This document shows positions 46,233-55,497 of a DNA stretch of 64,000 nucleotides, one piece after another. The DNA comes from Longimicrobiales bacterium (lineage in GTDB: Bacteria; Gemmatimonadota; Gemmatimonadetes; Longimicrobiales; Gaopeijiaceae), in contig OZ241892.1 in the NCBI GenBank assembly GCA_965203485.1, positions 1 through 64,000 on the forward strand, written 5' to 3'. Position 1 is the first letter of the stretch. Each line of letters begins with the position of its first letter. The notes under the pieces were generated by a model. The model saw only the letters and a list, made by a program, of their open reading frames with translations, made no database searches and was not told where the DNA came from. A program made the translations under genes and the position numbers.

Positions 46233-48830
46233 TCAGGGCTGGACCAAGCGCGCCGGGGCGGGGCGCAGGCGGCGAGCGGTCGGGCTCGGCCGTCCGTCGA
46301 GGCCGTCGTTCGCCCACAGAAGGAAGTCGAAGGACTCGGGCGCGGCGGCCACCACGCGGCGCGGCGCCCCGACCAGCACCAGCGCAACCCGCTGGGCCAG
46401 TGCCGCCAGCGCCGCCAGCGCGCGGGCCACGTCCTCGCCCCGTAGCGCGCCCAGCGTCCTCGGCAGGAGCACCGATCCCAGCGGCGCGTCCGCTTCGACG
46501 GCCAGTTCCGCCAGCGCGATCCGGGCGGCCAGCTCCAGGGCGGCCGCGTCGCTTCCATTGCGCAGGCCGCCTTCGGCCCACCCCGCGAAGAGCTCGGGAA
46601 ACGCGCCCGCGACGCGGCCTCCCGTGATCGTCACCGCTTTCGCATGAACGCGCTCGCGGAAGCGTTCGGCCGCCCCCGAAGGCGGATCGTCGGCGCTCCC
46701 GGAACCCGGCGTTCCGGGCGGCGCGATCCTTGCTCCGGCCCCCTGCAGATCGTGCAGGCGCCGTTGCGCGTACTTGAGTTCCCGGGCCTGGACGCGCCGT
46801 CTCTCGATGTCTTCCGACAGGGAGTCGATCTCGGATTCCGTCTCCAGCTTGCGCGTCTCGGCCGCCTTGATCTCCGGAGGCTTGTCCTCCAGCTGGTCGC
46901 GCCGCCGCCGCCACCACTGTCCGTCCCGTACCACGCTGTCCCATTCGTCGCGGCGCGCCTTCATGGCGTCCGCAAGCCCGCCGGCCGGTTCCGCGCCTCC
47001 TGCCGCGTCCCGGCCGGCCCGCTCCATCTCCTTCAGCTTCTCCTTGAGTTCGCGCGCCCTGTCGCGATGCAGCAGGAGCCGCGTCTCCGCGTCCTGGCGC
47101 GCCCGCACCCAGTTCATCGTCGCCGCCTCGAGATCGCCCTGTATCTCCGCCGCGTCCTCGCGCAACCGGGCGAGCCGCGCCTTCATCTCGTCCGTGCCCG
47201 CCTGCGATTCCTCGAGCCGGGCCACGTCCCTTTCCGTCTCGCGGACCAAGCGCCGAAACCACCTCGCGAGCGCTGCCGGCGGGCGGCCGCTCCGCCGTCC
47301 GCCGCTCTCGTTCGCCGCCGGTTCAGCGATCTGCTCGCCGTCCGCCGAGCCCGGCTCGCGGGCCAACGCGGCGCCCGCCGACAGCCAAGTCTCCGCCGGC
47401 CCCGCCCCGAACCAAACGGCCGCGTACTCGGGACCGCCGAGTCCGGCGCCGGCCAGGGCCTCGGCCGCCAAGCGCTTCAGCGGCGTCCCCCGCCACGCGG
47501 CCTCGAGCCGTTCGGCCGTCCGGTCCACCGGCAACGATCCGCGGCCGGATCCTCGGTTGCCCGGCGTCGCGAGCGCCGCGCACAACCAGTCGGCGACCGC
47601 GTTCCACGGCGACTCGCCGCCGCCCACCAGGGCGACCAACCCCCTTGCGCCGCCCAAGTCGACAGGGGGGCCCCCGAAGCCCAGGGCCTGCAGGTCGGCC
47701 AGCGTGGGCGGATCGGTTGCTGCCATGGGCGCGGCTCCGGCGTCCGTGGCGTTGCGGGCCTGCGGGGCGACCGCCTTGGCCGCGCCGGATCGCCCGGCCC
47801 CGGCCTTCGGCGCCCGGCCCCGGCCCGCCGCCGGCACAGCGTCCCCCGGCTCCGCCGGCCCGCCTCGACGCGCCGCCGCCTTGCCCTGCGCCGCCGGCAA
47901 CGCGTCGACCCGCAACCCGGCCGTTCGCCTTCGGAGCGGCGCCAGGGCGTCGTGGTCGAACGCCGCAAAGTCGTCCGGCCCCAGCCCCCGCACGGGCACG
48001 CGAACGAGCCTGTCCTCGACGCCGCCGGGTACGCCCGCCACGGCTTCGGCCAGTCGTCGCGCGACGGCCACGGGGCCGCCCGATCCAGCGTCGACCGGCG
48101 CCAAGCTCACCACGGCGCGCGTGGGCACAGGACGGAAGTCGACCGAACCGGACCGCAAGTCGGCCACCAGGAATCCCTTTTCGTCGACGGCTTCCGCCCA
48201 CGGGTCCGCCCCGATCCGCTCCAGCGATCCGCTGTAGTGGACGCGCTCGGCCACTTGCTCCCGCGCATGGCGCGACCCCAGCGCCACGTAGTCCCACTGG
48301 CCCGGCCGAACGGCAACCGCGGCCGCGCGCCCGTTGGCGGCTAGGTCGGCGTAGCCCACGAGCACGTTCCACTTCGCGTCCGGGTCCGGCTCGGCAACGA
48401 GTTCACCAGCGCCCGAGCCGGCCCACGCCAGGTGCGGCGCGAGCGTCACCGACGCGTCGTGCTCCTCGAGGCGGAGGCGCCGAGCGGCCGAGATTGCGAC
48501 CTCGACCCCGTCCAGCGCGCTCACGACCTCCAGCGGTCCCTGCCTGCCGGATTCGACCGGAGTGTCCCGCAACCCCGCCACGACGCCGATCACGACGCCC
48601 GGCGCCCGGCCCCTCAAGTCTCGCACGCCTCGGACGAAGGCCGCCAGCGCAGGCGCGCCGGCAAGGGGATCGTCGAAGACGTCGCCGGCCACGACCACGA
48701 GCGCCGGCGCCTCGTCGCCGATCCGCGACGCGGCCTCGCCGAACGCGCGGAGCACGTCGCGCCCGCGCCTCCGGCCGGGCCCGGCGGCGCCGTGACCCAG
48801 GTGCAGGTCGGAGAGATGGGCCACCCTCAC
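46233..48830 (-). CDS. SbcD/Mre11-like metallophosphoesterase fused to a degenerate SbcC-like coiled-coil/ATPase remnant
   Basis: HLSDLHLG, AGDVFD, WDYVALG, YSGSLER, EKGF; then a linker, a long coiled coil and LELAARIALAEL...SVLL. Confidence 0.75.
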   Translation of the reverse strand: MRVAHLSDLHLGHGAAGPGRRRGRDVLRAFGEAASRIGDEAPALVVVAGDVFDDPLAGAPALAAFVRGVRDLRGRAPGVVIGVVAGLRDTPVESGRQGPLEVVSALDGVEVAISAARRLRLEEHDASVTLAPHLAWAGSGAGELVAEPDPDAKWNVLVGYADLAANGRAAAVAVRPGQWDYVALGSRHAREQVAERVHYSGSLERIGADPWAEAVDEKGFLVADLRSGSVDFRPVPTRAVVSLAPVDAGSGGPVAVARRLAEAVAGVPGGVEDRLVRVPVRGLGPDDFAAFDHDALAPLRRRTAGLRVDALPAAQGKAAARRGGPAEPGDAVPAAGRGRAPKAGAGRSGAAKAVAPQARNATDAGAAPMAATDPPTLADLQALGFGGPPVDLGGARGLVALVGGGESPWNAVADWLCAALATPGNRGSGRGSLPVDRTAERLEAAWRGTPLKRLAAEALAGAGLGGPEYAAVWFGAGPAETWLSAGAALAREPGSADGEQIAEPAANESGGRRSGRPPAALARWFRRLVRETERDVARLEESQAGTDEMKARLARLREDAAEIQGDLEAATMNWVRARQDAETRLLLHRDRARELKEKLKEMERAGRDAAGGAEPAGGLADAMKARRDEWDSVVRDGQWWRRRRDQLEDKPPEIKAAETRKLETESEIDSLSEDIERRRVQARELKYAQRRLHDLQGAGARIAPPGTPGSGSADDPPSGAAERFRERVHAKAVTITGGRVAGAFPELFAGWAEGGLRNGSDAAALELAARIALAELAVEADAPLGSVLLPRTLGALRGEDVARALAALAALAQRVALVLVGAPRRVVAAAPESFDFLLWANDGLDGRPSPTARRLRPAPARLVQP

Positions 48831-48890
48831 GGCGCGAGCCGCCAGTTTAGGCTCGTCAGGCCGGCCGCGCCCACTTGCGCGCCCGCCGCC

Positions 48891-49781
48891 TCACAGGTCG
48901 CCCAGGATGGTTCGGTAGCTGTGGTGGCGGGTCTCGCGGATCTGCCCCGCTGCCACGGCCCGCAGGACTGCGCATCCCGGTTCGTGCAGGTGCATGCAGT
49001 CGCGAAACCGGCACAGCTCCAGGAAGGGCCGAAAGTCGGCGAAGCACGCCGCCAGTCCGGGAGCGGTCACGTCGACCCCCGTCACGTCCGAGAAGCCGGG
49101 CGTGTCCGCCACGCGTCCGCCGGACGGCAAGGTCACCAGGCGGCTTGCCACCGTCGTGTGCGTCCCGCGCAGCGACTTTCGCCCCACGGCCCCCGTGCGG
49201 AGGCCCAAGGACGGGTCCAGCCAGTTGAGAAGCGACGACTTGCCCACCCCGGAGGGCCCCGCGAGCGCCGACGAGCCGGAACCGGCCAACCGTCCGAAGT
49301 CGTCCATCCCGCGACCCGTCAAGACCGACGTGCACACGGACCGGTACCCGGCCTGGCGGTACGAGCCGGCCAGAGCGCGAGCGCGGGCGCGGCCTCCGGG
49401 CAGGTCGGTCTTCGTGAACACGAGGAAGACGTCGAGGCCCCCCGCCTCGCCCATCACCAGCATTCGGTCCACGACGATCGTGGACGGCGCCGGCTGTGCC
49501 ACCGATGCCACCACGAACAGCCGGTCGAGGTTTGCGGCCAGCACCTTGGAGACGCGCGCTCCCCGCGTTCGCCGGACGAGCTCCGTCTCGCGGGAGCGCA
49601 CCGCGTCGATCACGTAGCGGCCTTCCGAGACCCGGTGCACGCCGACCCGGTCGCCGATCACCACCGCGGCCGCCCGCCGGCCCTGCTTGAGCTTGCCGCG
49701 CAACGTCGCCCGGACGTGGCCGCCCGGCGTGAACACCCGGTAGACGCCGCCCGCGACCTCTACGACCTGCCCGTCCGTCAC
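48891..49781 (-). CDS. rsgA: Ribosome small-subunit-dependent GTPase A
   Basis: ANLD, TKTDL, GPSGVGKSSLLN, GTHTT, DTPGF, CRFRDCMHLHEPGC. Confidence 0.93.
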   Translation of the reverse strand: MTDGQVVEVAGGVYRVFTPGGHVRATLRGKLKQGRRAAAVVIGDRVGVHRVSEGRYVIDAVRSRETELVRRTRGARVSKVLAANLDRLFVVASVAQPAPSTIVVDRMLVMGEAGGLDVFLVFTKTDLPGGRARARALAGSYRQAGYRSVCTSVLTGRGMDDFGRLAGSGSSALAGPSGVGKSSLLNWLDPSLGLRTGAVGRKSLRGTHTTVASRLVTLPSGGRVADTPGFSDVTGVDVTAPGLAACFADFRPFLELCRFRDCMHLHEPGCAVLRAVAAGQIRETRHHSYRTILGDL

Positions 49782-49839
49782 CGCCTCCGCGAGCGCGCCA
49801 AGTCGTCGGCGCCGCAAGCGCCGCGAACGACCCGGGGCG

Positions 49840-49945
49840 GCCCACACTCCGTCAAGCGGCGCAAACCCCGCGCCGCCGCGGGCGAACGCCGGCTTCGCGT
49901 CGCGTCCCAGGCCCCCACCCCGTCAAGCGGCGTAGACCTTGCGCC
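49840..49945. repeat. 35-bp imperfect direct repeat duplicating the 3' end of the sigma gene
   Basis: 49840-49874 versus 49911-49945, 29/35 identical, period 71. Confidence 0.7.
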
Positions 49946-50897
49946 TGTCCTTGCCCCGGCGCGGCTCGGCCGCCGACTTGTTGAGGACCACTCCCGGTAT
50001 CTCCCCGAACAGCGTGCGGAGGACCTCGCTCTCGCTGCCTTCCTTCAGATTCTTCAGCGCGCGGTCCCTGAGTTGCCGGATGCGCTCGCGGGTCACCCCC
50101 AAGCGGTTGCCGATCTCTTCGAGCGTGTGCTCCTTGCGGTCGCCCAGCCCGAAGCAGAGCGTCAGCACCTGCGCGTCCCGCGGGCTCAAGCGGCTCAGCG
50201 CCCGGTTGACCACCTCCGTGCGACGGCGCTTTTCGACCTCCAGCTCGGGGTCGGCCACCTCGTCCGTCGCGAAGCGCTCGACGAGCTGGGAGTCCTCGCT
50301 GTCGCCCACCGGCGCGTCCAGCCTGACCTCGGCGTGGTTGAGCGTCTGGAGCGATTCCACCATCTCCGGCGTCAGACGGGCGGCCCGGCCCACTTCCTCG
50401 CTGGACGGCTCGCGGCCCAGTTCCTGCTTGAGCCGCTCCTTCTCGCGAAAAATCCTCGCCAAGTCCGACGAGCGGTTCAGCGGGACCCGGACGGGACGGC
50501 CCTGGTTGGCCAAGGCCGCCAGGATGGCCTGCCTGATCCACCACACGGCGTAGCTGATGAACTTGACCCCCTGTTCCGGATCGAACTTCCGGGCCGCGGT
50601 GACCAAGCCGACGTTGCCCTCCTGAATCAGGTCGTCCAGCGCGACGCCGCGGTTCTGATACTTCTTGGCGACGCTGATCACGAAGCGCAGGTTGGCCTTG
50701 GCCAGGGCGCGAATCGCCTCCTCGTCGCCTTGGCGGGCCAGCGCTCCCAGGCGCTTTTCCTCTTCGGGCGTGATGAGCTCGTGGCGGTTCACGTCCGCCA
50801 GGTACTGGTTGAGCCCCGTGGGCCCGTCCATGTCCCGCATCGCGTCGCCGGGCGACGCCGGGGAGGCGTCGCGGCGGTTCTTGGTCTTCCCGGCCAT
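49923..50897 (-). CDS. Sigma-70 family sigma factor (RpoD/RpoS-like, no region 1.1), tandem copy B
   Basis: ANLRFVISVAKKY, DLIQEGNVGL, KFISYAVWWIRQAI, TLEEIG..LGVTRERIRQ. Confidence 0.92.
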   Translation of the reverse strand: MAGKTKNRRDASPASPGDAMRDMDGPTGLNQYLADVNRHELITPEEEKRLGALARQGDEEAIRALAKANLRFVISVAKKYQNRGVALDDLIQEGNVGLVTAARKFDPEQGVKFISYAVWWIRQAILAALANQGRPVRVPLNRSSDLARIFREKERLKQELGREPSSEEVGRAARLTPEMVESLQTLNHAEVRLDAPVGDSEDSQLVERFATDEVADPELEVEKRRRTEVVNRALSRLSPRDAQVLTLCFGLGDRKEHTLEEIGNRLGVTRERIRQLRDRALKNLKEGSESEVLRTLFGEIPGVVLNKSAAEPRRGKDRRKVYAA

Positions 50898-50965
50898 CGG
50901 TCTCCTCCTCTAGGGGCCGGAGGCCCCGTGTTGGGCAGCGCCGGCGAAGGCTCCCGAAGCCGCGG

Positions 50966-51859
50966 TCATGCCGCGAACGACTTCAGGGCTTCGCCCATGC
51001 CGCCTTCCTTCAGCCGCCGCAACGCCCGGTCGCGCAACTGGCGAATCCGCTCGCGGGTCACGCCCAGGTCGTTGCCGATCTCTTCCAGGGTATGCTCGCG
51101 TCCCCCTTCGAGGCCGAAGTACAGCTTCAGCACGCGCGCGTCGCGCGGCTCGAGGGCGGCCAACGCCTTGGCCACGGCCTCGCTGCGGAGACGAGTCTCC
51201 ACTTCCAGCTCCGGTTCCGACGCTTCCTCGGCGATGAACCGCTCGACGAGCTTCGAGTCCTCGCTCTCCCCGACTGCCGCGTCCAGCCTGATCTCCGCGG
51301 CGTTCAGGGTTTGCAGGAACTCGACCACTTCGGGCGTCAAGCGCGCGGCCCGGCCCACTTCCTGGACCGACGGCTCGCGCTCGAGCTCCTGCTTGAGCCG
51401 CTCCCGCTCGCGAAAGATCCTCGACAGGTCGGACGCCCGGTTGAGCGGGACGCGCACGGGTCTGCCCTGGTTGGCAAGGGCCGCGAGAATGGCCTGTCGA
51501 ATCCACCAGACGGCGTAGCTGATGAACTTCACCCCCTGGGTCGGGTCGAACTTCCGCGCGGCGGTGACCAAGCCGACGTTGCCTTCCTGGATCAGATCGG
51601 TGAGCGCGACTCCCCGGTTCTGGTAGTTCTTGGCGACGCTGATGACGAAGCGCAGGTTGGCCTTGGCCAGGGCCTGGATGGCTTCCTCGTCGCCCTGCTG
51701 CGCCAACGCGCCCAGGCGCTTCTCCTCCTCGGGCGTGATCAGCTCCTCCCGGCTGACGTCGCGCAGGTACTGGTCCAGCGAACTCTGCTCGTCCAGCCCG
51801 GCGTCGAACGAAATGCTCTTTGCCGTGCGCTTCTTCTGGCTTTTCTTCTTGGCGGCCAT
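50966..51859 (-). CDS. Sigma-70 family sigma factor, tandem copy A
   Basis: Same region 1.2, 2, 3 and 4 motifs as 49923-50897. Confidence 0.92.
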   Translation of the reverse strand: MAAKKKSQKKRTAKSISFDAGLDEQSSLDQYLRDVSREELITPEEEKRLGALAQQGDEEAIQALAKANLRFVISVAKNYQNRGVALTDLIQEGNVGLVTAARKFDPTQGVKFISYAVWWIRQAILAALANQGRPVRVPLNRASDLSRIFRERERLKQELEREPSVQEVGRAARLTPEVVEFLQTLNAAEIRLDAAVGESEDSKLVERFIAEEASEPELEVETRLRSEAVAKALAALEPRDARVLKLYFGLEGGREHTLEEIGNDLGVTRERIRQLRDRALRRLKEGGMGEALKSFAA

Positions 51860-52105
51860 TGGTCACTCCCTGCCCCTTCGTTTCCACTAGCGTCCGCGGC
51901 CGGGGCCGCGGCTGACGCATAGCCCTACAAGGTGTCCTCTTGCTTCGCGCTCGTCAACCTCGGCCAACTAGCACCGCCGTGCGCGCCGGGCAAGCCGAAC
52001 TCGGCCCGGCCGTCCCCTTGCGGCCACCGTCCGCGCTGGCGGCTTCCGGGGTTGGCACGACCGTCGTTCCTCATCTCCTATAGACGCGCGAAGGCGGCTT
52101 TTGGT

Positions 52106-53497
52106 TTACGTCGCCGCACGGCCGCTTCCCCCCGGCGCGCCCGGCGGCCGCCTGCGGCTTCTCGTCCGGCCCCCGGCGGGCCGCCCCTGCCCCCCTGGTT
52201 CGGCGCTCGCCAGACGGTCCAGCAACCAGGCGGGGCCGACCTCCCTCCGCTCCATCGTGAACAGCCGCAGCACGCTCGCGGTTCGCTGGAGCTGGGCCGC
52301 CATTCGCGGCAAGTCGATCAGGCCCCGCATCCCTTGGCTGCCCAAGCGGACCACGCCCTTCGCATGCGCCACGAGGAAGTCCATCTGGAACATGGCCTTC
52401 TTGACGGGGAGATCGAGCATCGCTTCGCCGGGACCGAGGCCCAGCTCGGCCGCCACCGCGTCTTCCCAGCGGCGCTTCTCCGGAGTGTCGCCCGCGACCC
52501 AGTTCGGCAGGCGCGCGCCTTCGAGGTCGCTGGCGGCGATCTTGGCGGCGCGCTTCGGCAACCGCCGCGTCCGCAACGCCGGAAGCCACTTGGCCGCCAG
52601 TCGTCGCGCGGCCGTGCGCTCGGAGCCTTCGGCGCGCCGCTCCAAACGGTGGAGGAGTTGCTCGTCGGCTGGGCCCACCAGTTCGTCCGGGCGCAGCAGC
52701 CCCTCCTCCACGGCCGTCTCCACGATGCGCTTGAAGAAGCATGTGGCGGCTCGGACCGCGTGATGCCAGTACACGGTCCGAAACATCTGATACTTCGAGA
52801 AGAGCAGCGACTCCAGCGCGCTCGCCGCCTTCTCGTGGACCCCCACTTCCCAAGCGCCCGTGTCCGGGTCCTGCAGAAGCTCCAGGCCGTGAAGCAGCCG
52901 GTCCACGTCGGCGGCGCCGTAGGGCACACCGCAGAAGCGGGCGTCCCTGCACAGGTACTCCATCTTGTCGAGGTCCAGGCTGCCGCTGACCAAGCCGCGC
53001 AGCGGCGTGGCGCCCTCTCCGCGAATGATGCCGAAGATCGCCCTGGCCGCGTCCGGTCCCAGCGGCGACAGGGCATCGCGAAGCTCCGCGGACTCGAAGA
53101 AGCGTTCCGCCATCGCCTCGTGGCCGCCCGGAATGCGGGCCGGTTCGAGTTCCTCGAGCGCGTGCGAGAAGGCGTAGTGGCCGATGTCGTGCAGCAGCGC
53201 CGCGTAGGGGACGAGCCGGGCGCCTGCCCACGCCTCCTCGGGTCCAGGCTGCTTTTCGCGCAGGACGGCGAGCGCCCGAAGGGCCAGGTGGTAGACGCCC
53301 AGCGCGTGGTCGAAGCGCGTGTGCGTGGCTCCGGGGTAGACCAAGTGCGCCAGCCCCAATTGCCGGATGTAGCGCAACCGCTGGAACGCGGGCGTGTCGA
53401 CGATCGCCACAGCCACGGAATCCAGCCGGATCGTGTTCCACAGCGGATCCCGAACGACGACGGACGTGCGGTGTCCAGGCGTGGCGTACGCGCTCAT
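52106..53497 (-). CDS. HD-domain phosphohydrolase (SAMHD1/dNTPase-like)
   Basis: FQRLRYIRQLG...YPGATHTRFDHALG...ALLHDIGH..FSH...DLDKMEYLCRD. Confidence 0.88.
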   Translation of the reverse strand: MSAYATPGHRTSVVVRDPLWNTIRLDSVAVAIVDTPAFQRLRYIRQLGLAHLVYPGATHTRFDHALGVYHLALRALAVLREKQPGPEEAWAGARLVPYAALLHDIGHYAFSHALEELEPARIPGGHEAMAERFFESAELRDALSPLGPDAARAIFGIIRGEGATPLRGLVSGSLDLDKMEYLCRDARFCGVPYGAADVDRLLHGLELLQDPDTGAWEVGVHEKAASALESLLFSKYQMFRTVYWHHAVRAATCFFKRIVETAVEEGLLRPDELVGPADEQLLHRLERRAEGSERTAARRLAAKWLPALRTRRLPKRAAKIAASDLEGARLPNWVAGDTPEKRRWEDAVAAELGLGPGEAMLDLPVKKAMFQMDFLVAHAKGVVRLGSQGMRGLIDLPRMAAQLQRTASVLRLFTMERREVGPAWLLDRLASAEPGGQGRPAGGRTRSRRRPPGAPGGSGRAAT

Positions 53498-53592
53498 GAG
53501 CAGCCAACGTACGTGGCTGGAGGCTACGCTGCAATGCGGCTTGGGCAACTTGCGAAGGCTGGACCGGGGCGAGCCCGCGCGGACTACGATCC

Positions 53593-53740
53593 CCGCTCCT
53601 GACAGATTCCTAGTGGATTTTGTCGCAGGGCCTGCATTGGCGTCTCGGCGGCGACCTGGGCAGGACGGAACGGACTCCGCTTCCGACGGATTCCTGGTGG
53701 ATTTTGTCGCGGAATCTGTCGGGCGTCTCGGCCGCGGCCT
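53593..53740. repeat. Two-copy 84-bp-period intergenic direct repeat with hairpin
   Basis: 53601-53628 versus 53685-53712 are 25/28 identical; second shared block ggcgtctcggc; stem 53683-53694 / 53711-53722. Confidence 0.75.
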
Positions 53741-53865
53741 TTGGCCCGGGGCGAGGCGGGACTGCCGTCATGGGCTATCTTGCGACGGGTCGCGAAGGGT
53801 AGCCGGGCACGCGGCCGGGCGGCAAGTGGGCGACTGGCGCGACGAGCAAGGGAGACTGCGAGGAA

Positions 53866-54282
53866 ATGGACGCGAAGTCCGGCGCCGGAGAAGGGGGCGC
53901 CGCGCCCCGGAACTCGTCCGGCGAATTGGCGCGGCCGTGCCCCGCCCGCCCCAACTGCGTGTGCAGCCGCCCCGACGCGCCTGCGCGCAACCGGGTCGAT
54001 CCCCTGGCAGTGTCCGGCGATCCGTGGGCCGCGTTCGCGGCGCTCCGGGAGATCGTCTCCGCTCTTCCACGGACCACGCTCGTTTCGGCGACGCGCGACC
54101 GGCTTCATGCCGTGTGCCGCAGCCGCCTGGGGTTCGCGGACGACCTGGAGGCATGCCTGGACGCCGGGGCGGGAGTGATCCACGTGCGCTCGGCGGCCCG
54201 CGTCGGCTATCACGACCTCGGGGTCAACCGCAAGCGCGTGGAGAGGTTGCGCAGGAAGCTCGCCGAACGGGCGGCGCGATAG
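53866..54282 (+). CDS. DUF1499-domain protein
   Basis: CPARPNCVCS...GFADDLE...HVRSAARVGYHDLGVNRKRVE. Confidence 0.85.
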   Translation: MDAKSGAGEGGAAPRNSSGELARPCPARPNCVCSRPDAPARNRVDPLAVSGDPWAAFAALREIVSALPRTTLVSATRDRLHAVCRSRLGFADDLEACLDAGAGVIHVRSAARVGYHDLGVNRKRVERLRRKLAERAAR

Positions 54283-54330
54283 CGGCAGGAGCTTGACGCG
54301 ATACCGAACAAAAGGCGAATACTGTTCGGC

Positions 54331-55497
54331 ATGGAGCGGTCGCGGCTGAAGGAGCACGTGCTGGCTCGGGCAGAGAACCGGCCCGGAGTGTACCGTTGGC
54401 TGGACGCCGACGGGCGCATTCTCTACGTGGGCAAGTCGGTGCGGACGCGGGCGCGGCTGCTGTCCTACTTCGGCGCCCTTCAGGGCCGCGACCGCCGCAA
54501 CGGGGCGAAGCACGCCCGGCTGATGAGGGAGGCGGCGAGCGTGGCGTGGGACTACGTGCCCAACGAGTTCGCGGCTCTCTTCCGCGAGATGCGGCTCATT
54601 CGGGCCTGGCAGCCGGCCTACAACGTCGAGCACAAGCGGGGCCGTCCCGTCGCGTTCGCCAAGGTGACGCGCGAGCCCGCTCCCCGGATCGTGGCCACGA
54701 CGAGCGTGGCGCGCGACGGAGCCCGGTACTACGGTCCGTTCAGCCGGGCCGGGTGGCTGGCCGAGGCGACCAACGACCTCGCGCGCGTGCTGGGACTGCG
54801 CGATTGTCCCGCCGACACGCCGACTCGGTTCGGCGGCCAGCTGGAGATGTTCTCGGCGAAGCGGGCGCCCATGTGCCTGCGGGGAGACGTGGGCGGCTGC
54901 TTGGCGCCCTGCGCGGGCCGTTGCACGCGTGCGGAGTACATGGTGCGGGTAGCCGCCGCCCGGGCGTTCTTGGAGGGACGAAGCCGGGCGCCTCTGGACA
55001 TGGTGGCGAGCGCCATGGCGGCGTCGGCGCAGCGCATGGCCTTCGAGGAGGCGGCGAGGATGCGCGACCGCTTGGCCCGCCTGGAGAAGCTGCGCCGGCG
55101 CCTGTCGGTGTTTCCGGGCGGCGGCCTGGACATGAACTTGGTGTACTCGGTTCCGGGCTTCGGGGGCGACGATCGCTTGTACCTGATTCGGCGGGGCCGG
55201 TTGCACGGCGATCTGCCCATGCCGAAGTCGGGGCCGGACTACCGCCGGGCGGCCGAGTTCGTCGTGGAAGCGTTTCGCCCCGTGGCGGAGGACGGTGAGC
55301 GCGGCCTCGACGCCGACGCCGCGGCGGACGCGATGCTCGCGGCCAGATGGTTTTCGCGCCGCCGCAGCGAGCGCCGCCGCGCCTTGCCGCCGCAGCAATG
55401 GCTGGCCCGAGCCGCGGGCAACTTCAAGGCGGGGACGCCTGCCGCTTCGCCCAGCGCATGGGGGGAACCGGCTCCTGCTTGGCGCTCGACCGGATGA
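54331..55497 (+). CDS. GIY-YIG nuclease, UvrC N-terminal/Cho-like, with Cys cluster and UVR domain
   Basis: PGVYRW...ILYVGKS...RLLSYF, E..LI...QPAYN, CL...CLAPC, FEEAARMRD; no recognisable UvrC C-terminal RNase H or HhH part. Confidence 0.82.
   Translation: MERSRLKEHVLARAENRPGVYRWLDADGRILYVGKSVRTRARLLSYFGALQGRDRRNGAKHARLMREAASVAWDYVPNEFAALFREMRLIRAWQPAYNVEHKRGRPVAFAKVTREPAPRIVATTSVARDGARYYGPFSRAGWLAEATNDLARVLGLRDCPADTPTRFGGQLEMFSAKRAPMCLRGDVGGCLAPCAGRCTRAEYMVRVAAARAFLEGRSRAPLDMVASAMAASAQRMAFEEAARMRDRLARLEKLRRRLSVFPGGGLDMNLVYSVPGFGGDDRLYLIRRGRLHGDLPMPKSGPDYRRAAEFVVEAFRPVAEDGERGLDADAAADAMLAARWFSRRRSERRRALPPQQWLARAAGNFKAGTPAASPSAWGEPAPAWRSTG

Noticed and set aside
53593..53740. CRISPR array or DGR template/variable repeat (the core mismatches are all A/G)
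   Set aside because: Only two units, the intervening sequence is also similar, the repeat is intergenic, and there is no cas or reverse transcriptase gene in the window.
46233..55497. Defence island built from SbcCD-like, HD and GIY-YIG genes
   Set aside because: These genes have backbone-like GC, are interleaved with rsgA and sigma genes, and show no mobility signs; housekeeping repair or nucleotide metabolism is more likely.
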